Shown here: positions 49,511 to 58,251 of the stretch, piece by piece
How positions within the stretch are numbered: position 1 is the stretch's first letter
Layout: every line of letters begins with the position of its first letter
NCBI GenBank assembly: GCA_965216635.1
Contig: OZ244188.1
Location: 2,112,001 to 2,176,000, forward strand
DNA: 64,000 nucleotides
DNA from: a bacterium
GTDB lineage: Bacteria; SAR324; XYD2-FULL-50-16; G965216635
Reading direction: 5' to 3'
Notes under the pieces: model-generated
The model's input: only the letters and a program-made list of their open reading frames with translations
Databases searched by the model: none
What the model was told of the DNA's origin: nothing
Translations under genes and position numbers: made by a program

Positions 49511-50977
49511 TTAACGAAAGCGCCAGATGAAATTTATGCTAATGGTGGCGGGGTTTTTGATTTCTGCGGTTTGGTGGTGCTCCCCGGTCACAGTATTTGT
49601 AGTGTTTGTAGCTTTTGTAGTGCTTTTAGTGATTGTAGTGCTTGTAGTGCTTGAAGTTGTCGTGTCCGTTCCACTGGGAAGTGTTGCGGTAACCACTACT
49701 CTAGTATCATATGTTGAAGTGTAAAACGCCTGATATTTCCCGGGGACGTTACCTGAGTGGTTAATACCCATGATAGCTCTCTTTGTGATAGGAGAACTTG
49801 TAGGAGTAGAAGTCCTATTAGCAAGAGAAATAGTCGTAGAATCCATATTATAAGGATCAGAAATAGTAGTTGTAGTCGTAGTCGTAGGAGTAATTATCTG
49901 GGTATCCTGCACCGCAAGATCCAGCCCTAGCCAAAATAAACCTACCTGAATCTGCAAGTTTTTTGTAACGGGATAATTGTAGGCAAAATGTAAGGCGGGG
50001 GCTGTGCCCGACGCCGAGCCAAAAGAAGTGCCTAGCTTTGCGCTCGCTAAACCCCCTCCTACAGAAAAACCGTAGGGTAGAAAGTAACGGGCTAAAAGCA
50101 CTTGGGCTTGCAGCTTGTCGTCTCCTGCGCTCCATTGGAGTTGGTTGAAAGACAAGGAGTATTTTTCAAAGTTAAAACCGAACGAGATTCCTGTTCCCTT
50201 GAGTTTTGAGGTTTCTTCTGTGGTTTTTTCTGTGGGTGTGTATGTGGTTCTGTCTGGTGGGTTTTCTGTAGGACCGTCTGAGGTGGTTGTCATTTCAGAT
50301 CTAGAGTTAGAAAATTCAGAATCAAAAAGATTTTCACAATCTGATCCACGGTTAGTAGCTGGTGTATCCATTAAGAGTTGCCTTAGATCATCTGTTAAGT
50401 TGTCCGTTGCGTCGTAGCTAATATTAGTTAAATTTGTATTTGCAGCTGGTACTCTCGGAGTTCCCTTACAGACGAGGATAGCATCGTCTCCTGCCAACTC
50501 GGCGGCGGCAGGGCGGTTAGTTGCAAGTGTCCCAAATCTTCTAAAGGTGGTGGTATTATTTTTATTAAAGTTAGGCACAGTGGCGTCGTAGTCAATTTTG
50601 CTAGTATCAATGGTTGTGCTGTTTACTACCATTACATCAGTAGTTACTAACTCAGTTTCTGACTCGCTTATTAATTCACTTACATTACCTATTCGCCTGC
50701 TTGTTTTTTTGAGTTTTACATCCATCACAAAAGGACTAACACCAACAAACCAACCCTGCTGTCTCTCCTGTGCCTGTAAATTTCCTACCCCTGCTACAAG
50801 AGAAAAAAGCAAACCTACTAAAAACACACCCATAACCGAGCCCGCAAACAAACCCTTAACAGAGCCAATAACCGAACCAGCAAACCTACTCTTAAACGAG
50901 CCCCTATTAGTAAAATTTTTACCTGTAATTTTACCTGTAATTTTACCTATAATTTTACCTGTAATTTTATTTGGCAT
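49511..50977 (-). CDS. Variable outer-membrane beta-barrel protein, array copy 1 (leader type II)
   Basis: Same conserved blocks; most divergent inserts. Confidence 0.8.
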   Translation of the reverse strand: MPNKITGKIIGKITGKITGKNFTNRGSFKSRFAGSVIGSVKGLFAGSVMGVFLVGLLFSLVAGVGNLQAQERQQGWFVGVSPFVMDVKLKKTSRRIGNVSELISESETELVTTDVMVVNSTTIDTSKIDYDATVPNFNKNNTTTFRRFGTLATNRPAAAELAGDDAILVCKGTPRVPAANTNLTNISYDATDNLTDDLRQLLMDTPATNRGSDCENLFDSEFSNSRSEMTTTSDGPTENPPDRTTYTPTEKTTEETSKLKGTGISFGFNFEKYSLSFNQLQWSAGDDKLQAQVLLARYFLPYGFSVGGGLASAKLGTSFGSASGTAPALHFAYNYPVTKNLQIQVGLFWLGLDLAVQDTQIITPTTTTTTTISDPYNMDSTTISLANRTSTPTSSPITKRAIMGINHSGNVPGKYQAFYTSTYDTRVVVTATLPSGTDTTTSSTTSTTITKSTTKATNTTNTVTGEHHQTAEIKNPATISINFIWRFR

Positions 50978-51011
50978 TTTGTTTTTTAATTTAAATTAAA
51001 CACAGAAAAAA

Positions 51012-51268
51012 AGAAAATATAGATCTAAAATCTATCTAAAAACCATATAATAATCAAATTCTCCTTTAAAGTCAATACTAAAAAAAAGAAATATATCTAA
51101 AATCTATCTAAAAACCTCTAAAATCTATCTAAAAACCTCTAAAAACCTTACAATAGTCTCACAATAATCAAACGCTCCTTTAAAGTCAACACTCAAAAAA
51201 AAGAAATAGATCTAAAATCTATTTAAAAACCATATAATAATCAAATTCTCCTTTTAAAGTCAACACTA
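51012..51268 (-). promoter_or_regulatory. Three tandem OMP promoter units
   Basis: TTGACT at 51070-75, 51184-89 and 51258-63, with 17/17/18-nt spacers to TATTAT/TATTGT/TATTAT. Confidence 0.7.
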
Positions 51269-51436
51269 AAAAAAGAGAAAAAACTAAATAAAAAAACTAT
51301 ATTATTTTTTCTCTATTTGAAATTTGTCCAACTTTAGCATTATTGGGAAGGCACGCCTCCTGAGAAGATACCAGCAAAAAAATATCCCCTCGCCAAAATA
51401 CATTTTGCAGCTAAGCTAAACTTTTCTGCTACTTTA

Positions 51437-52120
51437 TTAACTCAAAACTTTTAAAAGCTGCAATACAGCCACAACCAGCCCACCAACTGCTAACTGGACT
51501 GACACACCCCAAAATAATAAAGAGTTTTTATTTTTTTCTGCTTCTGTTCTCATCTTTTCTATTTTTAAGTCTGTAGCGTTATTGCTGTCTACGATTTTAC
51601 TCTCAATATCTTTCAGTTTTAAGTCTGTAGCGTTATTGCTGTCTACGATTTTACTCTCAATATCTTTCAGTTTTAGGTTTGTTTCGTTTCTGTTGTCTGT
51701 TATTATTTTTTCCAGGTCGTTTCTGTTTTTTGTTATTATTTTTTCTAGGTTACTTTTGGTTTCTACGATTTTACTCTCAATATCTTTCAGTTTTAGGTCT
51801 GTTTCGTTTTTATTGTCTGTTATTATTCTTATCAAGTCGCTTTTGGTTTCTACGATTTTACTCTCAATATCTTTCAGTTTTAGATCTGTATCATTTTTGT
51901 TATCTGAAATGATGGCTTCCAATCTCCAGATATCTCCTTTGTCCGTAGGAAGAGTGGTATCCAAACCCGTTTCTGCTGCACTAGAAGCCAAAGCTTTTGG
52001 GACCAGCTCTACAAACTCTCCAATAGCAATCTCTGCTCTCTTTTTTTCTGCACCTAGTCCAATCAAAAGATCGTAGATTTTAGTAGAAGTAAATTTTTGT
52101 GCTGTAGCTGTTCTTAACAT
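51437..52120 (-). CDS. Bdr/DUF1640(CCDC90)-like coiled-coil protein with C-terminal membrane anchor, copy A
   Basis: 11- and 18-residue repeats (DLEKIITDNRN, DLKLKDIESKIVDSNNAT) and a hydrophobic C-terminus. Confidence 0.75.
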   Translation of the reverse strand: MLRTATAQKFTSTKIYDLLIGLGAEKKRAEIAIGEFVELVPKALASSAAETGLDTTLPTDKGDIWRLEAIISDNKNDTDLKLKDIESKIVETKSDLIRIITDNKNETDLKLKDIESKIVETKSNLEKIITKNRNDLEKIITDNRNETNLKLKDIESKIVDSNNATDLKLKDIESKIVDSNNATDLKIEKMRTEAEKNKNSLLFWGVSVQLAVGGLVVAVLQLLKVLS

Positions 52121-52134
52121 TTTATTTTTAAATA

Positions 52135-52492
52135 GTTTTTTGAATTTGCGTTCTGTTTAGCCAAAACAAGCTTATTGCTTGACTCTTTTTATGGGCTATT
52201 TGTGAAACAGCCAAAGGGCTGTTTCACAGTTCATTCTTGCTTAATGCAAAGTCTATAGTATTTTTTACTACGGCATTAAAAAAAATTTTTAACTCTTGAA
52301 ATACTCTCTTATTGCTATCTATTTCATAAGGGTTATAGCAAAAGCTCCACTGGAGCTTTTGCATTTTATTTATACAGGATATTAAATTTTGTAGAATTTT
52401 TGTTCTACGATATTCCAGCGAGCTAAAAATTTTTTTCGCACCTGTTCTAACCATTTGGCTAGCCGTCACATCAGCGAAATTCAAAGATCTAT
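52135..52492. repeat. Composite palindromic element in the duplicated spacer (second copy ~53447-53805)
   Basis: Contains the TGTGAAACAGCC hairpin and an ERIC-like core with inserted GCAAAAGCTCC hairpin; part of a ~1312-bp tandem unit. Confidence 0.8.
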
Positions 52493-52683
52493 AAAAGTTT
52501 TTATAGCTGGTTGTTTTATTTGGTTGTTTTATTTTGGCAAATTCTCCCATTAAAGTCAAGTCACCAAAAAATAAAAAGGCAACCAAAAGATAGACAAAAA
52601 GGTGAAAATAAAAAGATAAAGAGAAAAATCACAAAAAACTAAATAAAAAAACTACCTTATTTTTTCTCTATTTTAGATTTACA

Positions 52684-53433
52684 CTAACTCAAAACTTTTA
52701 AAAGCTGCAATACAGCCACAACCAGCCCACCAACTGCTAGCTGTGTTGAAATTCCTATAATCAATAGAGCGTTTTTGTGTTTTTCTGCTTCTGTTCTCAT
52801 TCTTTCTATTTTTAAGTCTGTAGCGTTATTGCTGTCTACGATTTTACTCTCAATATCTTTCAGTTTTAAGTCTGTTTCGTTTTTATTGTCTGTTATTATT
52901 CTTATCAAGTCGCTTTTGGTTTCTACGATTTTACTCTCAATATCTTTCAGTTTTAGGTCTGTTTCGTTTTTATTGTCTGTTATTATTTTTTCCAGGTCGT
53001 TTTTGTTGTCTGTTATTATTTTTTCCAGGTCGTTTCTGTTTTTTGTTATTATTTTTTCTAGGTTACTTTTGGTTTCTACGATTTTACTCTCAATATCTTT
53101 CAGTTTTAGGTCTGTTTCGTTTTTATTGTCTGTTATTATTCTTATCAAGTCGCTTTTGGTTTCTACGATTTCACTCTCAATATCTTTCAGTTTTAGATCT
53201 GTATCGTTTTTGTTCTCTGAAATGATGGCTTCCAATCTCCAAATATCCCCTTTGTCCGTAGGAAGAGTGGTATCCAAACCCGTTTCTGCTGCACTAGAAG
53301 CCAAAGCTTTTGGGACCAAATCTACAAACTCTCCAATAGCAATCTCTGCTCTCTTTTTTTCTGCACCTAGTCCAATCAAAAGATCGTAGATTTTAGTAGA
53401 AGTAAATTTTTGTGCTGTAGTTGCTCGTAACAT
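52684..53433 (-). CDS. Bdr/DUF1640-like protein, copy B
   Basis: Near-identical to copy A, with a different repeat count and a swapped pre-anchor segment (HKNALLIIGISTQ). Confidence 0.75.
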   Translation of the reverse strand: MLRATTAQKFTSTKIYDLLIGLGAEKKRAEIAIGEFVDLVPKALASSAAETGLDTTLPTDKGDIWRLEAIISENKNDTDLKLKDIESEIVETKSDLIRIITDNKNETDLKLKDIESKIVETKSNLEKIITKNRNDLEKIITDNKNDLEKIITDNKNETDLKLKDIESKIVETKSDLIRIITDNKNETDLKLKDIESKIVDSNNATDLKIERMRTEAEKHKNALLIIGISTQLAVGGLVVAVLQLLKVLS

Positions 53434-53995
53434 TTTATTTTTATAAGGTTTTTTGAATTTGCGTTCTGTTTAGCCAAAACAAGCTTATTGCTTGACTCTT
53501 TTTATGGGCTATTTGTGAAACAGCCAAAGGGCTGTTTCACAGTTTATTCTTGCTTAATGCAAGGTCTATAGTATTTTTTACTACGCCATTGAAAAAAATT
53601 TTTAACTCTTGAAATACTCTCTTATTGCTATCTATTTCATAAGGGTTATAGCAAAAGCTCCACTGGAGCTTTTGCATTTTATTTATACAGGATATTAAAT
53701 TTTGTAGAATTTTTGTTCTACGATATTCCAGCGAGCTAAAAATTTTTTTCGCACCTGTTCTAACCATTTGGCTAGCCGTCACATCAGCGAAATTCAAAGA
53801 TCTATAAAAGTTTTTATAGCTGGTTGTCTTATTTGGTTGTTTTATTTTGGCAAATTCTCCCATTAAAGTCAAGTCACCAAAAAATAAAAAGGCAACCAAA
53901 AGATAGACAAAAGGTGAAAATAAAAAGATAAAGAGAAAAATCACAAAAAACTAAATAAAAAAACTACCTTATTTTTTCTCTATTTTAGATTTACA

Positions 53996-54799
53996 CTAAC
54001 TCAAAACTTTTAAAAGCTGCAATACAGCCACAACCAGCCCACCAACTGCTAACTGGACTGACACACCCCAAAATAATAAAGAGTTTTTATTTTTTTCTGC
54101 TTCTGTTCTCATCTTTTCTATTTTTAAGTCTGTAGCGTTATTGCTGTCTACGATTTTACTCTCAATATCTTTCAGTTTTAAGTCTGTAGCGTTATTGCTG
54201 TCTACGATTTTACTCTCAATATCTTTCAGTTTTAAGTCTGTAGCGTTATTGCTGTCTACGATTTTACTCTCAATATCTTTCAGTTTTAGGTTTGTTTCGT
54301 TTTTGTTGTCTGTTATTATTTTTTCTAGGTCGTTTTTGTTGTCTGTTATTATTTTTTCCAGGTCGTTTCTGTTGTCTGTTATTATTTTTTCCAGGTCGTT
54401 TCTGTTTTTTGTTATTATTTTTTCTAGGTTACTTTTGGTTTCTACGATTTTACTCTCAATATCTTTCAGTTTTAGGTCTGTTTCGTTTTTATTGTCTGTT
54501 ATTATTCTTATCAAGTCGCTTTTGGTTTCTACGATTTCACTCTCAATATCTTTCAGTTTTAGATCTGTATCATTTTTGTTATCTGAAATGATGGATTCCA
54601 ATCTCCAGATATCTCCTTTGTCCGTAGGAAGAGTGGTATCCAAACCCGTTTCTGCTGCACTAGAAGCCAAAGCTTTTGGGACCAAATCTACAAACTCTCC
54701 AATAGCAATCTCTGCTCTCTTTTTTTCTGCACCTAGTCCAATCAAAAGATCGTAGATTTTGGTAGAAGTAAATTTTTGTGCTGTAGTTGCTCGTAACAT
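53996..54799 (-). CDS. Bdr/DUF1640-like protein, copy C
   Basis: As copy A, with more repeats. Confidence 0.75.
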   Translation of the reverse strand: MLRATTAQKFTSTKIYDLLIGLGAEKKRAEIAIGEFVDLVPKALASSAAETGLDTTLPTDKGDIWRLESIISDNKNDTDLKLKDIESEIVETKSDLIRIITDNKNETDLKLKDIESKIVETKSNLEKIITKNRNDLEKIITDNRNDLEKIITDNKNDLEKIITDNKNETNLKLKDIESKIVDSNNATDLKLKDIESKIVDSNNATDLKLKDIESKIVDSNNATDLKIEKMRTEAEKNKNSLLFWGVSVQLAVGGLVVAVLQLLKVLS

Positions 54800-54891
54800 T
54801 TTATTTTTTAATTTAATGATTAAACATAAGAAAAATGGATCTTAAATCTATTTAAAAACCATATAATAATCAAATGCTCCTTTAACCAAAT

Positions 54892-55779
54892 CTACAAATT
54901 GCTTGAAAATTGTAATAAGCCAAGCATTATAGCGCTCAATATACCTATACTGGCTAGAGTAGTCGCAACGAACCATTTGATTATATCAGATCTACTGTTT
55001 GCTATTTTTAACTCAAGGTCGTTTTTGCTTTCTATTATTTTCAACTCAATATCTTTCAGTTTTAAGTCTGTAGCGTTATTGCTGTCTACGATTTTACTCT
55101 CAATATCTTTCAGTTTTAAGTCTGTAGCGTTACTGCTGTCTACGATTTTACTCTCAATATCTTTCAGTTTTAAGTCTGTAGCGTTACTGCTGTCTACGAT
55201 TTTACTCTCAATATCTTTCAGTTTTAAGTCTGTAGCGTTACTGCTGTCTACGATTTTACTCTCAATATCTTTCAGTTTTAGATCTGTAGCGTTATTGCTG
55301 TCTACGATTTTACTCTCAATATCTTTCAGTTTTAGATCTGTATCGGTTTTGTTGTCTGTTATTATTTTTTCTAGGTCGTTTCTGTTGTCTGTTATTATTT
55401 TTTCTAGGTTACTTTTGGTTTCTACGATTTTACTCTCAATATCTTTCAGTTTTAGGTCTGTTTCGTTTTTATTGTCTGTTATTATTCTTATCAAGTCGCT
55501 TTTGGTTTCTACGATTTCACTCTCAATATCTTTCAGTTTTAGGTTTGTTTCGTTTTTGTTGTCTGAAATGATGGCTTCCAATCTCCAGATATCCCCTTTG
55601 TCCGTAGGAAGAGTGGTATCCAAACCCGTTTTTGCTGCACTAGAAGCCAAAGCTTTTGGTCTCAGTTCTACAAACTCTCCAATAGCAATCTCTGCTTTCT
55701 TTTTTTCTGCACCTAGTCCAATCAAAAGATCGTAGATTTTAGTAGAAGTAAATTTTTGTGCTGTAGTTGCTCGTAACAT
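54892..55779 (-). CDS. Bdr/DUF1640-like protein, copy D
   Basis: Same head and stalk; distinct anchor SRSDIIKWFVATTLASIGIL (DIIKW is typical of DUF1640). Confidence 0.78.
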   Translation of the reverse strand: MLRATTAQKFTSTKIYDLLIGLGAEKKKAEIAIGEFVELRPKALASSAAKTGLDTTLPTDKGDIWRLEAIISDNKNETNLKLKDIESEIVETKSDLIRIITDNKNETDLKLKDIESKIVETKSNLEKIITDNRNDLEKIITDNKTDTDLKLKDIESKIVDSNNATDLKLKDIESKIVDSSNATDLKLKDIESKIVDSSNATDLKLKDIESKIVDSSNATDLKLKDIESKIVDSNNATDLKLKDIELKIIESKNDLELKIANSRSDIIKWFVATTLASIGILSAIMLGLLQFSSNL

Positions 55780-55889
55780 TTTATTTTTTTAAAGTTTTTA
55801 TAGCTGGTTGTTTTATTTTGGCAAATTTTCCTTTTAAAGTCAATAACCCCCAAAAAATAAAAAGGTAAAAACTGCTAAAATAGCAAACG

Positions 55890-57257
55890 CTATGGTTTCC
55901 TCCCCTGCTGTTTGTGGCCTTTTAGCTGTTTTTGTACTTTTAGCTGTTTGTGGATTTTTAGTTGTTTGGATTTAGTTGTTTGGATTTTAGCAGTTTCCTT
56001 GCCTAATAGGATGCCAGCCCGCAAAACCCAGCCTATTTGCCATAAACAGAAGTTATGCTTTTGTATATAACCTTTGCTTGTAGCTTTATTGGGGCAATCA
56101 AAAGAAACCACTCTATTGGAATCGCTATAAAGAATACTATCTCCTTTCGCATTTTTTAAATTTTCAATAAAAAAAGCAATGTTCTTTTGTGGGGTTAAAA
56201 TTTCTACTTCCATTTCTTGTCGCAGTGGATTTTTTGTTTGTAGGTAGACCCGTTGTTTTTTGCTATCGTAAAAAACAATAACTCCTGAAAATTCAAAGAT
56301 ACGCTTTTGATTTATTTTGCTATTTTTAGCTGTGCCGTCGTAAATACTTCGCTTATCTGCCTTTTTTTTAAGTGATGCCGTAGTATAACCACGGTGGGGT
56401 AATTTTTTTAGCTCTTCTTTGCCCTCTATAGTTAGATAAGTAGAAATTGCTGAGGCGCTCTTTTTATTCCGTTCAATTTCTTGTAATAAATGGCTGTATG
56501 CCCTCACTGTAGACGCTAAATAAAGCTCTCCTTTCATCCTTCCTTCAATTTTTGCTGCATCCAACCCTTGAGCTACAAAGTCTTTTAGATTGACAAATCC
56601 GTTTAAATCTTTAGAACTTAATAAAGTTTTGGCTTCTGGTAGTATTTTATTTTTATTATTTTGAATATTGTAAATATGGCGACAGCTTTGAATACATCCT
56701 CCGCGATTGCTATCTCTACCTGCGGTGTAATTAGAAATAGTGCAGTGTCCGGAATAAGACATACACATTGCACCGTGAATGAAAAGCTCTATTTCTATAC
56801 CTACCTCTCGTTTGATTTTTGCTGCTTGTTTGATACTCAATTCTCGCCCCAATACAATCCGCTTCACCCCTAAACATTTCCAAATTTTGGCGTGCCAAGA
56901 ATTTAAAACAAAGGCTTGTGTAGAAAGATGCACGGGAATTTTACTATTTTCTTTAACCAGTCGCACCACTCCTAAATCTGCACAAATCACAGCATCAATT
57001 TTGATTTTTTCTAAAAATTTGAGATAATCAAACAAACCTTCAAAGTCTTTATCGTGAAGATAGGCGTTTAGAGTGACATAGATTTTTTTATTGTGTTTGT
57101 GGCAAAACTGACTCGCTTGCTCCAATTCGGAAGGAGTAAAATTATCTGCACCCGCCCGCAAACTATACTTTTGTCCCGCTAAATAAACAGCATCTGCCCC
57201 GTAAAGAATAGCTGTTTTGAGTTTATTGAAGTTTCCAGCGGGAGCTACTATTTCCAT
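55890..57257 (-). CDS. Peptidase U32 family protein (TrhP/YegQ-like tRNA hydroxylation)
   Basis: EIVAPAG, GADAVY, HLSTQ, HGAMCMSYSGHC...NRGGCIQSCR and KIEGRMK. Confidence 0.9.
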   Translation of the reverse strand: MEIVAPAGNFNKLKTAILYGADAVYLAGQKYSLRAGADNFTPSELEQASQFCHKHNKKIYVTLNAYLHDKDFEGLFDYLKFLEKIKIDAVICADLGVVRLVKENSKIPVHLSTQAFVLNSWHAKIWKCLGVKRIVLGRELSIKQAAKIKREVGIEIELFIHGAMCMSYSGHCTISNYTAGRDSNRGGCIQSCRHIYNIQNNKNKILPEAKTLLSSKDLNGFVNLKDFVAQGLDAAKIEGRMKGELYLASTVRAYSHLLQEIERNKKSASAISTYLTIEGKEELKKLPHRGYTTASLKKKADKRSIYDGTAKNSKINQKRIFEFSGVIVFYDSKKQRVYLQTKNPLRQEMEVEILTPQKNIAFFIENLKNAKGDSILYSDSNRVVSFDCPNKATSKGYIQKHNFCLWQIGWVLRAGILLGKETAKIQTTKSKQLKIHKQLKVQKQLKGHKQQGRKP

Positions 57258-57271
57258 TATTAATAAAAAAT

Positions 57272-58180
57272 CTAACAGACCTTTGTTAATTTTAATTTGA
57301 CTAAAACCAAAGGAACTAAATAAACGGCTGTAAAAGCTAATAGAAAATAACGCAGATAGCGAAAAACATACGCCACAATACCTCCTGCATCTTCTCCTAA
57401 TAAAAGACTATTGATTTCAGAAAATCCTATCCAAACCGCACAAATTAAGGCAAACCCTATAAATGTTTTTAGAAAACCATTTAAAAAACTGGAAGAGCTA
57501 GCCGAAAATTTTAGACGCCTTATTTCCAATGCCCTCGCCCATACTAAACCAAAAAATAATCCGCTATAAGTGGCAATTTCTGCACCTATTTCTTGAAAAT
57601 CTGCTAGCCAACCAAAAAAACCTGTCGCTATTACAGAAAATAAAAAAGTGGCAACCAACCCTTTTTTTGCTGTAATTTTATGGGCAAATCTATCCCAATA
57701 AAAAACAAGCAGTAAAGACAAAACTACGCCAGCCACCCAACCAAGCAAAACATCTTCAAAATAATGCACTCCTAGAAAGAGCCTGCTAAAGCCAATAAGA
57801 AAAATAAAAAGCACAGCAGTATAAATAAGCCAGTTTTTTCGAAATTTTAGAGCAAGGCTTATCCAAAAAGAAGCAGAAACTTGAGCGTGACCTGACGGGG
57901 TGCTATAACCTGAGGCTTCTACTTGATGCAAGAAATTGGGGGGACGAGGATTGGCTATCAATATTTTCGCTACGCTATTGAAAATAGAAGAAAAAACTAC
58001 AATAAAAATAAGTTGATAGCCTTTATTTTTATCTACTGCTAGATAAATACAACACAAAATACCAAGGTAGGCTGCGAAATCTCCTAGATGCGTTATCCAA
58101 GTGAAAAAAAATAAAGTGAAATCACTATGCCATTCTGCTAGATTTGTGATGAATGCACCGTTGAAAGATAAGTTTGCCAT
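57272..58180 (-). CDS. PAP2-family membrane phosphatase
   Basis: K-x5-PRP, PSGHA and SRLFLGVHYFED. Confidence 0.9.
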   Translation of the reverse strand: MANLSFNGAFITNLAEWHSDFTLFFFTWITHLGDFAAYLGILCCIYLAVDKNKGYQLIFIVVFSSIFNSVAKILIANPRPPNFLHQVEASGYSTPSGHAQVSASFWISLALKFRKNWLIYTAVLFIFLIGFSRLFLGVHYFEDVLLGWVAGVVLSLLLVFYWDRFAHKITAKKGLVATFLFSVIATGFFGWLADFQEIGAEIATYSGLFFGLVWARALEIRRLKFSASSSSFLNGFLKTFIGFALICAVWIGFSEINSLLLGEDAGGIVAYVFRYLRYFLLAFTAVYLVPLVLVKLKLTKVC

Positions 58181-58251
58181 GATTCTGGGCGTTGTTTTTT
58201 TTATTAACTAGACTATAGTATATTTTACAAACTATACCAAAAAATTTTGAA

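Noticed and set aside
52224..53944. Duplicated 120/135-aa ORFs between Bdr-like genes
   Set aside because: They lie almost entirely in composite palindromic repeat and promoter DNA with non-ATG starts; the similarity is due to recent duplication. Translation cannot be fully excluded.
51582..55735. Long hydrophobic plus-strand ORFs
   Set aside because: Antisense frames of the Bdr-like repeats.
44286..55779. Diversity-generating retroelement or shufflon behind the OMP/Bdr variation
   Set aside because: No reverse transcriptase or recombinase in the window, differences are not adenine-specific and include indels, and all copies are co-oriented.
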